Below are positions 19,329 to 30,700 of a stretch of DNA of 64,000 nt, in pieces (position 1 is the first letter of the stretch; the number at the start of each line of letters is the position of its first letter). A program made the position numbers and the translations under genes. The DNA comes from Candidatus Micrarchaeota archaeon (GTDB lineage Archaea > Micrarchaeota > Micrarchaeia > Micrarchaeales > Micrarchaeaceae): assembly GCA_021799635.1 (NCBI GenBank), contig JAJZAB010000001.1, forward strand, positions 158,505-222,504. Reading direction: 5' to 3'. The notes under the pieces were generated by a model that was not told where the DNA came from, made no database searches, and saw nothing but the letters and a program-made list of their open reading frames with translations.

Positions 19329-20171
19329 ATGCTTAAAAAATCGCAGAAGGTAAAATTCGTAAACGAGTCAATAAAGGAGCTTGGCAGGTATAAAGTCGTT
19401 GGAATACTTAATTTGGGATCGATACCGGATCGCTTGCTCCAATCCTCAAAAAACGACATGAGGGGAAGGGTAAAATTCATACTCGGCAGGAAGAGCCTGC
19501 TGAAGAGGATACTTGAAGGTAGTGAACCTACAAAACCTCTTGCTGGAATGATCTATGGCACTGGAGCGATAATCATGAGCAACGATGACCCGTTTGATAT
19601 TTACAAAAACTTCAAGGCTAAGGAGCTTAGGCTTGCGGCAAAACCACACCAGACTGCGCCAGAAGATATAATTATAAAAAGCGGCGAGACCAGCCTGCAG
19701 CCAGGGCAGGCGGTTACTGAGCTCAAACAGGCAGGAGTCGACGTGCAGATACAGAAGGGCAAGGTCGTAATATCAAAGGATAAAGTAATAGTGAAAAAGG
19801 GAGAATCGATAAGCTCTGTGGCTGCAAAAATACTTCATACTCTGGGAACCGTGCCTTTTAAAGCAGTAATGCTACCGGCTGCAATGGTTGAAAATGGAAT
19901 ATTATTCGGTCCTGATACCCTGAGTATAGATCAGAGCACGACCGTAAGCAATATATCTCTGGCCTTTGGCGGCGCATACGAGCTGTGCCTTTCGGCAGGA
20001 ATAGTGAACCAGTATACTGTAAGAGCCCTGATAGAGAAGGCTTTTAGGCAGGCCATAGGCCTTGGTGTAGAAGCCAAAGTATATGAGCCTGGAGTCATAG
20101 AGATGCTGTTCGGCAGCGCGGCTGTGCAAGCGCGTGCAGTAGGCAGCTTGGTTGGGGACAAAAAAGATTAG
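19329..20171 (+). CDS. rpl10: 50S ribosomal protein uL10 (P0)
   Basis: AAKPHQTAPEDIIIKSGETSLQPG, IQKGKV. Operon position. Confidence 0.95.
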   Translation: MLKKSQKVKFVNESIKELGRYKVVGILNLGSIPDRLLQSSKNDMRGRVKFILGRKSLLKRILEGSEPTKPLAGMIYGTGAIIMSNDDPFDIYKNFKAKELRLAAKPHQTAPEDIIIKSGETSLQPGQAVTELKQAGVDVQIQKGKVVISKDKVIVKKGESISSVAAKILHTLGTVPFKAVMLPAAMVENGILFGPDTLSIDQSTTVSNISLAFGGAYELCLSAGIVNQYTVRALIEKAFRQAIGLGVEAKVYEPGVIEMLFGSAAVQARAVGSLVGDKKD

Positions 20172-20192
20172 ATTTATGCTAAAGGTGAAAAT

Positions 20193-20504
20193 ATGGAATA
20201 TGTATATGCGGCATTACTCCTTGATTCAGCCGGAAAGGAAATAAATGAAAGCAGCCTTATGGAAATAGTCAAAGCAGCCGGGATAACGCCCGACGAAGCT
20301 AGGGCTAAAGCCATGGTTGCATCTCTAAAAGGAGTAAACATAAAGGAAATAATAAAGAACGCCCAGGCAGCTCCTTCAGCTCAGGCCCCTGCACGTGCGC
20401 AAGAATCAGAAGCTGCGCAACAGCAGGCACACAAGAAGCCAGAGGAAGAAAAGAAGAGCGAGGAAGAAGCGGCGAGCGGTCTGGCAAGCCTATTCGGCGG
20501 TTGA
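20193..20504 (+). CDS. rpl12: Ribosomal stalk protein P1/L12
   Basis: [10 protein letters not shown]...[13 protein letters not shown]. Confidence 0.97.
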   Translation: MEYVYAALLLDSAGKEINESSLMEIVKAAGITPDEARAKAMVASLKGVNIKEIIKNAQAAPSAQAPARAQESEAAQQQAHKKPEEEKKSEEEAASGLASLFGG

Positions 20505-20653
20505 TTGGTTTATGAATTTGCATTGCGCGCGTATGTGTGTTTAGCGCGAGCTGAATGATGCACTATTGTTGTAGATAATGTAATGGATGATACAGCAAAA
20601 AATTTATAGGTTGATAATTCAATCAGATTAGCAGCTATCTATAGAGTGATTAT

Positions 20654-21010
20654 ATGCAGGTTTATGTTGAAAAACATAAGTGCACCGGATGTGCGCATTG
20701 CCACGATGTGTGCCCTGTGGCGGTATTCGAGATGAAGGACAGGCTGGCCTCGGATGTAAACAGCGACGTTGCCCCTGAGGCGGACCAATGGAAAGGCGTA
20801 ACCGATCAGGCAGTACTTGACAAGTGGAAGGATGTGAAGGACGGCCACAACCATTTTCAGGAGAAATTCGAAAACGGAAGCGGAGGGATATCGGTTGCCG
20901 TAAATGGGCCTTCGTGCATACTTTGCCAGGCGTGCCTTATAGAGTGCGAAGGGGAGTGTATAGTCATAACAGATGATGCCGGAACCGTGTATCATTCTAT
21001 ATACAAATGA
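20654..21010 (+). CDS. 2x[4Fe-4S] ferredoxin with a long inter-motif insertion
   Basis: CTGCAHCHDVCP and CILCQACLIECE. Confidence 0.85.
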   Translation: MQVYVEKHKCTGCAHCHDVCPVAVFEMKDRLASDVNSDVAPEADQWKGVTDQAVLDKWKDVKDGHNHFQEKFENGSGGISVAVNGPSCILCQACLIECEGECIVITDDAGTVYHSIYK

Positions 21011-21132
21011 TTTTCATACCGCTTGGTTGCACACCCATGCCTAACAAATTAAGGCGTACATTTTGATTGAGCGGATTCAGTTACAGACAGTTAGTATACT
21101 ACTTGCGGCTATTCTCCTTCCCTGGTGCTTTT

Positions 21133-23820
21133 ATGATAGAATACGCAGATAAACCTTTTTCTGACAACGATAGCCTTCGTGTTCTAAATCCTTACGTAAG
21201 GGGATGGTTTGAAAAGAACTTCAATGAACTCACTCCCCCTCAAAAGTACGCCTTTAAGTTAATAAGCGAGGAAAAGAACATACTTATAACAGCCCCAACC
21301 GGCAGCGGCAAAACGCTTTCCGCCTTCTTATCTATAATAAGCAGGCTTTTTGACAATTCGATAAACGGGGAGTTGGGCGATGGGATATACTGCATATATG
21401 TGTCTCCGCTGAAGGCGCTGAACAACGACATAAGGAAGAACTTGGAACTACCTCTGAACGCGATATATGACAGCATTGTGAAGGAAAAAGGGACAAAGAT
21501 ACTAAAAGAAAATATAAGGAAGGTTACGCTAGGAGTTAGGACTGGAGACACTACCCAGAAAGAAAGACACCAGATGTTGCTGAAACCACCAAACATACTT
21601 GTAACTACCCCAGAAAGCCTAGCCATCCTTCTAAATTCGCAGAAATTCGTCGAACACCTTAGGAGAGTGAAATACGTTATAATAGACGAGCTGCACGAAC
21701 TTGCAAACAACAAGCGCGGGGTTCATCTCTCATTGTCAATTGAAAGGCTGAGGCACGTTGCAGGAGGTGATTTGACAATGGTTGGCCTAGGCGCAACACT
21801 GCATCCGCTTGATGAGGCTGCCAAGTTCCTTGTCGGGTATAAGGGAGACAAACCGAGAGACTGTATTGTGATAGATGCGTCGTGGAGCAAGAAATTCGAT
21901 GTGGTAGCAATAAGCCCGGTGAATGACCTAATAAATACTAGCAGCAAAAAGACGGAAGATATGATGTATAACGAGCTGGACAAGATAATAAAGAAAAGCA
22001 AAGCCACCCTTATATTCACCAACACAAGAAGCGGGACGGAGAGGGTTGTGTTCAACCTGAAGAATCGTTTCGGCTACGGCGAGGACATCGCGGCACACCA
22101 CGGTTCCCTTTCTAGGGAATCGAGGCTAGAGGTTGAAGAGCTCTTGAAAAAGGGATCGCTGAAGTGTGCAGTATCATCTACCAGCCTTGAGCTTGGGGTT
22201 GACATCGGCTCCATAGAAAATGTAGTACAACTGGGGTCCCCGAAGAGCGTTACAAGGGCGGTGCAGCGTTTTGGAAGAGCTGGGCACAGTTTCAGGTCAG
22301 TTGCCAGAGGTGAAATGATAGTTCTGAACAGGGATGACCTGGTGGAGTGTGCGATAATGCTTGATGCTGCGCTTAAAAGGCACCTTGATTCCTTCATGGT
22401 GCCGCAGAATGCCTTGGATGTACTATCGCAGCACATAGTTGGCATGTCGCTTGAAGAAAAATGGGATGTTGATAAGGCTTTCGATTTGGTGAGGGGTGCC
22501 TACCCCTACCATGCCCTTCAGAAGGAAGATTTTATTTACCTTATAAACTACCTTGCCGGCAGCTACGTGGGTCTTGAGAGCAGGCACGTTTACGGCAAGA
22601 TATGGTATGATGAAAAAGAGAATACGTTTGGGAAGAGGGGCAGATACACCAAGGTAATTTACATGCTTAACCTCGGCACCATACCTGACGAGGTTGCCGT
22701 TAACGTTTTTACAACAGGGAATAGATGGATAGGCAACATAGAAGAAGAGTTTCTGACCAGGCTAAAGCCCGGAGACGTGTTTACGCTCGGAGGAAGACTC
22801 TATAGATTTGAGTACGCAAGGGGGATGAAGTGTTATGTCGCTGATGCTACGGCATCTTCCCCAACAATACCTCCTTGGTTTTCAGAGCAGCTCCCGTTGA
22901 GCTACGAGCTTGCCATAGAGATAGGTAGATTTAGGAAGCTCATGGCAGAGGAGGTTGGAAAATGCATACGGCGCTCTGGATCAAAATTGATTTTGAAGAA
23001 AAGAGCCTTACCAAAAAAAATAAAAGATATACTTGATGCTCTTCCTATAGACAGAAAGGCTAGGGCGGCAATTTTTGGATATTTTGCGGAACAGCTTCTC
23101 TTTGCTGGAGCGGCGCCAAATAATGAACTAGTGCTTGTTGAATGCACCCGCGATATAGCGTCTGAAAAAAACTGCATAGTGTTTCACTCGCTTTTCGGGA
23201 GAAGAGTCAATGATGCATTGTCTAGGGTGTTCGCGATGCTGCTGGGAGAGCAGCTTGATATGGATATTGGCATAATGGTTAATGATAACGGCTTCGTACT
23301 CTCTATCGAAGATGGGGTGGTTGTAAGCAGGGAAACCATCAGCAACCTTTTTGATGACGTAAAAAGCGGTAGCATGACTACAATGCTTAAAAGAAATATA
23401 CGCAAGACGGAGCTGATGAAAAGGCGTTTTAGGCACGTTGCTGCTAGGAGCTTCATGATATTGCGCAACTATAAGGGCTACAAAATAACAGTAGGCAGGC
23501 AGCAGGTGAACTCGCAACTCATCCTGAACGCTGCTGAAGAAATAGATCCAAACTTCCCGATAATAAAGGAGGCTTACAGGGAAATATTTAACGATGTTAT
23601 GGATCTTCCGAGGGCAGAAAACATAGTCTCTATGATAAAAAAAGGGGAGATGAAATATAAAGTAATAGAAACCCCATTCCCATCGCCATTTGCACACTCA
23701 ATGATTACTTTTGGCCATGCAGATGTTGTTCTGATGAAAGAAAGGCAGAAGTACCTCCAGTCCCTCCACAAGCTGGTGCTCGAGAGGATAAGGAATGGCG
23801 GTTTGAATGAAACTGAATGA
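21133..23820 (+). CDS. lhr: Lhr-family ATP-dependent helicase
   Basis: APTGSGKT, TTPESL, DELH, HHGSLS, SLELGVDIG, QRFGRAGH, GTIPDE. Start moved to ATG 21133. Confidence 0.95.
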   Translation: MIEYADKPFSDNDSLRVLNPYVRGWFEKNFNELTPPQKYAFKLISEEKNILITAPTGSGKTLSAFLSIISRLFDNSINGELGDGIYCIYVSPLKALNNDIRKNLELPLNAIYDSIVKEKGTKILKENIRKVTLGVRTGDTTQKERHQMLLKPPNILVTTPESLAILLNSQKFVEHLRRVKYVIIDELHELANNKRGVHLSLSIERLRHVAGGDLTMVGLGATLHPLDEAAKFLVGYKGDKPRDCIVIDASWSKKFDVVAISPVNDLINTSSKKTEDMMYNELDKIIKKSKATLIFTNTRSGTERVVFNLKNRFGYGEDIAAHHGSLSRESRLEVEELLKKGSLKCAVSSTSLELGVDIGSIENVVQLGSPKSVTRAVQRFGRAGHSFRSVARGEMIVLNRDDLVECAIMLDAALKRHLDSFMVPQNALDVLSQHIVGMSLEEKWDVDKAFDLVRGAYPYHALQKEDFIYLINYLAGSYVGLESRHVYGKIWYDEKENTFGKRGRYTKVIYMLNLGTIPDEVAVNVFTTGNRWIGNIEEEFLTRLKPGDVFTLGGRLYRFEYARGMKCYVADATASSPTIPPWFSEQLPLSYELAIEIGRFRKLMAEEVGKCIRRSGSKLILKKRALPKKIKDILDALPIDRKARAAIFGYFAEQLLFAGAAPNNELVLVECTRDIASEKNCIVFHSLFGRRVNDALSRVFAMLLGEQLDMDIGIMVNDNGFVLSIEDGVVVSRETISNLFDDVKSGSMTTMLKRNIRKTELMKRRFRHVAARSFMILRNYKGYKITVGRQQVNSQLILNAAEEIDPNFPIIKEAYREIFNDVMDLPRAENIVSMIKKGEMKYKVIETPFPSPFAHSMITFGHADVVLMKERQKYLQSLHKLVLERIRNGGLNETE

Positions 23821-24550
23821 TGATATCGAATTGATAGACGGGCTCCCGGTTATTTTCATAAGAAGCCTGAATGCCATAGCTGTCGCTGACCTTCACCTTG
23901 GATATGAGGGTGTGATGGCAAAACGGGGTATGTTCCTGCCCAAGGTCAATCTTAGAAAGATAGTAGATGTGTTGGCCAAATCTTTGAACAAAACCCAGGC
24001 TAAGACGATAATTGTCGATGGCGACATAAAGAACGAGTTTTCTAGAGTTGATGAGGAGGAGTTTAACGAGCTCCTTGATTTCATAAAATTCACCAAAGAT
24101 TCTGGGGTAGGCCTAATCTTGATAAAAGGGAATCACGATAACTTCGTAGACCGGTACAGGGATCCTTTCAGTTTGAAGATATACGGCAATGAGGCAAAAA
24201 TGGGCAGATATATTTTCTTCCACGGCGATGAGCTGCCTGGCGTAGTTCCGGAAGATGTTGACATGCTAGTGATGGGCCATGAACACCCTGCAATAGGTAT
24301 ATTTAACAGGGCAGGCAAGAAGGAAAAGCTTCGTTGCTTCTTGTATGGTGAGTATGAAGGGAAGAAATTGCTCGTACTGCCGGCGATGAATTATTTTGCA
24401 TCGGGCTCTGATATAAACATAATCGAAAAAAAGGACCTGCTCTCTCCAATTTTTAAGTATGTGAATGTGGATGAAATGCAAGCAATACCCGTAGGCTACG
24501 GCTCTACTATAAATTTTGGTAAGATACGCGCGCTAAGGGTTGCGCTGTGA
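23807..24550 (+). CDS. Lhr-associated metallophosphoesterase (ICC-like)
   Basis: ADLHLG, GD, GNHD, HGD, GHEHP. Overlaps the lhr stop. Confidence 0.9.
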   Translation: MKLNDDIELIDGLPVIFIRSLNAIAVADLHLGYEGVMAKRGMFLPKVNLRKIVDVLAKSLNKTQAKTIIVDGDIKNEFSRVDEEEFNELLDFIKFTKDSGVGLILIKGNHDNFVDRYRDPFSLKIYGNEAKMGRYIFFHGDELPGVVPEDVDMLVMGHEHPAIGIFNRAGKKEKLRCFLYGEYEGKKLLVLPAMNYFASGSDINIIEKKDLLSPIFKYVNVDEMQAIPVGYGSTINFGKIRALRVAL

Positions 24551-24567
24551 CGCATACGCTCGAGTTG

Positions 24568-26085
24568 CTAGTGCAGTATTGCTATGTAGAGCCATGGAAT
24601 CGCGTTTAGTACCAGGCTGATTATTACTATGCCCTCGATAAACCTGCCAAGCCATGGGCTTTTGAGGTTGGTCTGATAAAGCCGCCAGCCATCAAAGCCA
24701 GGTATAGGCAGCAGGTTGACTATGGCAACCAAAAAGTTGAGTATGAAGGACAGGCCGAAAAGGCTGTAAAGGAAATACATTATTTTAGCATATCCTGTTT
24801 TTACAAGGCTTGTTTTCTGGATTATCGAAATTCCTATAAGGCCCTTTTGTGATCCGTTCACAGCTACCGCCTTTATATTATAGCTCCCCGAGTTGGTCAC
24901 CACGCTTACTATGGAACCTGGGACGTCGTTGGCGCTGGCGGCTTCTATATCCGTTATATTTTCAATTTTGTGACCATCCCAGTAAAGTATTTGCATTCCT
25001 TTATGGAGGGTGCCGTTGGCCGGGAGGTTGGGCTGCACTGATTCTATGAACACGCCATTGTTTACATATATGGTAGGTACAACAAAAACAAACATCGTGA
25101 ACATGAGTGCAAAGAATATTATAGATGCAATAAAATTGGCAGATATGCCGGCAGCAGATATCTGGTTTTGCTCCTGTTTGCTGAGCTTTTCTACCATCTT
25201 TTCATTTGGCTCCACGTAAGCACCTATGGGTATAACTCCGAAAAGAAGTACTCCTATCGATTTTATCTTCACTTTGGCCGCTCTGGCAAGCACTCCGTGT
25301 GAAAGTTCATGTATTGTTAGTATTATTGCAAGCGATATCACCCCGGCAACAAGGGGTATGTCTATTCCTGGTATGACTGGGGCCACTCCCGGGACCTGGT
25401 TCAGGAGGAGGGATACGTTTGGATGGCCGGAGTAGCTAGTCAGCGCAAAGTTTATTGTATTGGAGAAAACCAGCGCGGCGTTGTAAAACAGCGATACCAG
25501 TATAAAGCCTGAAAACCCTGAAATGAACGTAAGTATGTATATAAAGTATCCGGAAGTGGTAAGGTTGCCAAAACCAACGCTGCATGAGGTTGATGCTACG
25601 CTTACAGCGCTTTGTATTTCCGGTATGTTTATGAATTGGAAAGATAGGCCTATGCACGGCAGTACTAAATACAGCAGCAGTACTATTGTAACCATCCCGA
25701 AAAGGAAAATCCTTTTGTCAATTTTTCCCTTAAGTAGTGGATATGACAGTAGCCCGAACCCGAGGACTATGCCCCAGATCGGCATTGACTTCCAAAACGA
25801 TAAGTTCTTTTGCGCCATTTTGTCTATGGTAGATATTCCCTTCTTGCTTCCCGCCATATATAAGCCGTATCCTCCCTTGAGCGATTTTACCCTCTGCACC
25901 ACTATTCCTGATACGATGAGGGTGCCTATCGCGAGAGATACTTGATTAACTATGCCCAAGAAAGAGGCGTAGTAGCAAAACGCTATCATTAAAAACCCTA
26001 TTATGAAGGTGAGCAGGACTATGATGTTATTCCTGAGCTCTTCCGATAGCCTTGACCTTGAGCTCGGTAGCTTTATCTCAAACAT
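24568..26085 (-). CDS. Site-2 protease (M50) with PDZ domain
   Basis: HELSH, NLLPIPGFDG, multiple TM helices. Confidence 0.9.
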   Translation of the reverse strand: MFEIKLPSSRSRLSEELRNNIIVLLTFIIGFLMIAFCYYASFLGIVNQVSLAIGTLIVSGIVVQRVKSLKGGYGLYMAGSKKGISTIDKMAQKNLSFWKSMPIWGIVLGFGLLSYPLLKGKIDKRIFLFGMVTIVLLLYLVLPCIGLSFQFINIPEIQSAVSVASTSCSVGFGNLTTSGYFIYILTFISGFSGFILVSLFYNAALVFSNTINFALTSYSGHPNVSLLLNQVPGVAPVIPGIDIPLVAGVISLAIILTIHELSHGVLARAAKVKIKSIGVLLFGVIPIGAYVEPNEKMVEKLSKQEQNQISAAGISANFIASIIFFALMFTMFVFVVPTIYVNNGVFIESVQPNLPANGTLHKGMQILYWDGHKIENITDIEAASANDVPGSIVSVVTNSGSYNIKAVAVNGSQKGLIGISIIQKTSLVKTGYAKIMYFLYSLFGLSFILNFLVAIVNLLPIPGFDGWRLYQTNLKSPWLGRFIEGIVIISLVLNAIPWLYIAILH

Positions 26086-26196
26086 AAATATCCGTATTAT
26101 TGTTTCACAGAAGCTATAAAGAGGTTTAGTATTGCGGTGCGGTTGAATTATGTAAAAGGATTTTTATAACAAATGCGACTAATATATGGTGGTTCT

Positions 26197-26652
26197 TTGG
26201 AAGAATGTGAATTGTGTGGCAGAGTAGCTAAGGATATATATCTTGTATCAATAGAGGGGGCGCAGCTACGTGTGTGCAAATCATGTTCTGGGGGCAAGGG
26301 AGAGATCTATATCGAACCGGGGCAAAAACGTGCCAAATCTCACGGTTTTGCTTCAAGGAGGAGCCCGATAGATGAAGGTAGCGAGCTGGTTGAAGGCTAT
26401 GGCAAAATAATTCATGATGCAAGAGACAGAATGCAGATTCCGCTTAAGGTTCTAGCAGAGATGATAAATGAGAAGGAGGCGCATCTTTTGAGGATAGAGG
26501 AAGAAAAGACCGAGCCCTCTATAGAGCTGACAAAAAAGATAGAGAAAGCTTTAAGCATAAAGATTACACAGGAGAGGAAGGATAGCAATGATAGCCACGG
26601 TGGAAAGAAGCCTGAAAACCTAACTCTTGGAGATTTTGTCAAACACGAATAG
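26197..26652 (+). CDS. mbf1: Archaeal multiprotein bridging factor aMBF1
   Basis: CELCG...VCKSC Zn ribbon, Cro-like HTH, TLGDF C-terminus. Start is likely TTG 26197, since the upstream ATG abuts the TATA box. Confidence 0.9.
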   Translation: MEECELCGRVAKDIYLVSIEGAQLRVCKSCSGGKGEIYIEPGQKRAKSHGFASRRSPIDEGSELVEGYGKIIHDARDRMQIPLKVLAEMINEKEAHLLRIEEEKTEPSIELTKKIEKALSIKITQERKDSNDSHGGKKPENLTLGDFVKHE

Positions 26653-26660
26653 GTGTGTAT

Positions 26661-27704
26661 CTGTCAGTAGAGCTTAGCAAACTTGTGGTAAAAAACAGGA
26701 TATCTTTGGAAGAGCTAAGCGGTAGGACTTTGGCTATAGACGCATATAATGTGCTGTACCAGTTTCTATCAATAATAAGGCAGCCGGATGGCACTCCGTT
26801 GATGAACAATAGTGGTAATGTAACAAGCCACATCTCTGGTCTTTTTTATCGCACAATAGAGCTAGTCGGGAGCGGGATTATGCCGATTTATGTATTCGAT
26901 GGCATACCATCGGTGCTGAAGCAAAAGACTATCGAATATAGGATGCGGAGGAGGGAGGCTGCGCTTGATGCGTGGAAGGCTGCAAAGGAAGCCGGGGATG
27001 TTGAGGAGGCAAGAAAACACGCCCAGGCGAGCACCAGAATCAACAAGTATATTGTAGAGAGTTCAAAAGAGCTGCTTAAAAGGATGGGAATACCTTACAT
27101 AAACGCGCCTAGTGAAGGTGAGGCAGAGGCGTGTTACATGTGCAAGAAGGGTATGGTATACGCTGCGGTAAGCCAAGATTACGATACACTTCTTTTAGGG
27201 TCTCCGATAATAATAAGGAATCTTACCATAAGCGGCAGGAGAAAGCTACCTAAGAAGGATATCTACGTTGAGGTTGTGCCTGAGATTCTACTACTCGATG
27301 ACACTCTTAAATCGCTAGGCATAAGCCAGCGGCAGCTGATATGGGTTGGTATCCTTCTGGGGACTGACTTTAATGATGGGATAACCGGAGTAGGGCCCAA
27401 AACAGCGGTAAAAATAGCAAAGGCTTCTAATTCCATAGAGGATGTCAAAAAATACGTAAAGGCCAAGTATAACGCTGAGTTTGAGCTTGATATACGAGAG
27501 GTTGAAGAATTATTCTTGAACCCTGAGGTATGCGATCCTGACAGTAAAGCTCTCGGCGGTATGCTGACGCCCAGCAGGGAGGCGCTTTTGAAATTTATGT
27601 GCGATGAAAACGGGTTTTCTGAGGAAAGAGTATTAAAATCTATAGAAAAACTAGTTAATAGAAGCACACTAACAAAGCAGCATAGGATTGACAGTTGGAT
27701 GTAG
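26661..27704 (+). CDS. fen: Flap endonuclease 1
   Basis: AIDAYNVLYQFLSIIRQPDG, APSEGEAEA, SQDYD, GTDFN...GVGPKTA, PIP-like QHRIDSWM. Start is GTG 26655 or CTG 26661. Confidence 0.97.
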   Translation: MSVELSKLVVKNRISLEELSGRTLAIDAYNVLYQFLSIIRQPDGTPLMNNSGNVTSHISGLFYRTIELVGSGIMPIYVFDGIPSVLKQKTIEYRMRRREAALDAWKAAKEAGDVEEARKHAQASTRINKYIVESSKELLKRMGIPYINAPSEGEAEACYMCKKGMVYAAVSQDYDTLLLGSPIIIRNLTISGRRKLPKKDIYVEVVPEILLLDDTLKSLGISQRQLIWVGILLGTDFNDGITGVGPKTAVKIAKASNSIEDVKKYVKAKYNAEFELDIREVEELFLNPEVCDPDSKALGGMLTPSREALLKFMCDENGFSEERVLKSIEKLVNRSTLTKQHRIDSWM

Positions 27705-27715
27705 ATACGCGTACT

Positions 27716-30700
27716 CTACATGAACTTCGAGAGGTTGAACTGCCTTGCGGCGTTGCTGCTGTTCAGACCACCAAAAACATTCTCTATCTCGAACTTTATC
27801 AGATATATTCTTTGCTTCATGTATGGCTCCAGGTCATACCTTTCGGCCAAGTTTATTGCCATGTTAAGATATTTTTCTATACCTCCTTTTGATATTGTAA
27901 GAACTATTTTACCGGAACATTTTGTACATTTGCCTATTATGGGCACTCGCCTGTACTTTGCGTTGCACGAAACGCACCTAAAGCTCTGCTTTGAGAAAGA
28001 ATGCAGGTTTCCCATTAGATCAGGTATGAAATGGCTTGATATGAGTCTTCTTGCAGTATCCTGTTTGTCTATAGTGTACAACTTGTCCATGAGTCTGAAC
28101 TGCAGCTCTATTTTTTCATCCATAGTTTTCAGTTTTGTGTATATGCTCTTTTTAGGCGATTCCTGCATTGATTTTGAGGAGCTGTTGTGGGTGAACAGCA
28201 GATTCTTGTATATTGCCTCGGTGTTCCTTCTGTCGCCGACGCTCTCCACAACCACCTCCGATGGCGGCCTCCTTTGGGCTGCCTTCTCGTAAAAATCGGC
28301 TTTTATTTTGTCTGTAACCTCCATGTTCCAAACCTCGTCATCTATCTCCTCCGGCAGGATTCTCTCTGTTAGTATCAGGGGCGCGTCCATAGTTCCGCCT
28401 ATGATGCTTGGCAGATAATCCTTTGAGAAATTTATCAGGGCGTCAAGGAGCAGCATCATTGTGTCCTCGTCCCCATCGCAGTTCCTTCTTCTGGCTTGTA
28501 TGGTATACGGGTGCGCCAACCCGACATTCGCATCTGTGAACCCAATAATTCTGTTAAGCACTCCTGCTGAAGTGTGCGGCGATAGGGTAACTACATATTT
28601 GCCAACAAGGTCTTCTACATTTCTCGAGTTGTAGAACGGCTCAATTTTATAATACCTTATCAAAAGGTCGTCTATGAATTTTGCAACTTTTAGCAGATAG
28701 TCAGCGCACCTTGTGTTTATTATCACATCCTGGTGCTTCAGCTCAACAAGCTGTTCTGGGCTTTCTATAAGTCTACCGGTATAATCAACAGTATAGCCAA
28801 GCTGCTTTAAAGTTTCTACGCTTGTGGATATTTCTGAAGGATAAAAATGGGTTATCGGTGCATCGGTAGCGTCAAACCTGCATGTCCCATCCTTGAATAC
28901 ATAAACGCCATTGATGCTCCTAAGTATCGCTTTTTCCAAAGGCTCGGCAACCTTATCCCTATTCATCATACCCTTTACGCCCTTTATTATTTTTGGAATG
29001 GATTGCACCCCTAGATTGGAAAGCGCCGATTCCATCTCTTTCTGCATGTCTATGTTCTTCACTTCAGATCCTGAAGTGCGGCGACCGCAGTGCACGCAGG
29101 TTTTTGCGCTTGATTTTCTGCCGCAGCTGACGCATATCCTTTCTTGCCTCGCCCTGCATTTATGCTCTCTGCAGTATACGGCACTTACGGCTTCGCCGCC
29201 TTTGCTGCATATGTACCTGGCCATTTCGAGCTCAATCTTCGGAGGCCCCAGTCTTTTTTTGTCAGCATAATAAGCCTTTACAATGTTGCGCTCCTTCCCA
29301 CCATAATCACCTACTGGAAACATGCCGTTCGGGGCTGGGCGCATCAATCTCTCCCTTGCTTTTTCTGGCCTACCAACCCGTGCGCCTATCCTGTAAGACC
29401 TCTTCATTACCTTGAATGGTGATAGGGAGTTCAGCACTGATATGATATCTTCCCCGGTATATTTACCAATATCAGCGGTGTTGAGCTTTATCTCATCCCC
29501 GCTGAATAAGCCCAGGGAAAAGAACAGGCTCTGCGCATGGTCTGCCATTATTGTTATGTCTCCTGTGTCAAAGCACGGTATGCAAAGGCGCTCGATTGCC
29601 GAGCGTACCTTTTTGGAATTTTCCCCTTTTATTGTAACATCTTTAATGCTGAATATGCTGTTGCCTTCGCGCCTGATATCCGAATCTATAAGTGCTGCGG
29701 CTATTTCGGCAAGCTCCCTGGTAGATATGTCTTGGTATTCATATGTGTACGCCGGATGCATGGGCACCTTGTAGTCGATCGAAAGCTGGAACGCCTCCCT
29801 GAAGCTCCTAATGCATGGCATTTCTCCCTTGTATCCGTTCTTCTCAAGGTCACTGTACCAAAGCTCCTCCACGTAGCTTGAAGGTATGAGGGGCGTATTG
29901 GTTTTTTTGAAATCGCCTATTGTGATTAAAATGTCGCCAACGCTCAATATCTTTTCGACGTTGTTGATTACCTGGTGCGCCTCTTCTGCGCTGTTTATCC
30001 TGCGCAGCTCCCCGCTATTCAGCTTTACAAAAGGCCCTTCTATTGTATCAACAGGCATTGCAATGCTGCCCTTCCCGGGCTTGTCTATTTTAATCTGCGT
30101 CCCCACGGCTATGAATTCCTCAAGTATAATCATCGTAGCTGGGCTGAAGCCTTTTGCCGCGATGCCTGTATATCTTGACCTGCCGTAGCGCAGCCTAAAT
30201 CCCCCAGGATAGTCTGGGTAGGATAGTATTGGTCGCCCGCCAACCAGTTCCTGCAGGAATGCCACATCACTTGTATTTTCCCTCATTTTTGAGTAGGAAA
30301 CCCCCTTGTCGACTTTTATTATCGAGTTTAACCAGCCCCAGTCCAGGCCTGCCGCCTTTGAGTATTTGAGCACGCTTTTCGCTTTTTGGGCTATACCTTC
30401 ACAAACTACAAGGCCTATCCCGCCCCTTATTCTATTTGTTATTACTTGCTCCTTGCTATCGGCATCGAGCCTCTTTACATTTCTGTGCACGCTGACCTCC
30501 AGTTCTTCAGTTGGCAGGCCATCGATGCATACAGGACAGTTCTCCAGTATTAAGCGCATGTCTGATTCGCTTGGGAGGTACTGAAGCCTGGCAACCCTTG
30601 CATGATATATCTGTATCTCCTCAAGGTACCTCTCCACTTCCGTCCTTTGCGGTTTATACTCACCTATACCCAGTATCTTCCTTCCATAGTCTGCTAGGGT

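Noticed and set aside
20505..20640. Intergenic region after rpl12 with CTGA/ATGATG words (also 21011-21132)
   Set aside because: The boxes are not in C-D'-C'-D order and spacing, so no convincing sRNA.
21133..24550. Lhr plus metallophosphoesterase as a novel defence system
   Set aside because: This is a known, widespread archaeal and bacterial DNA-repair gene pair.
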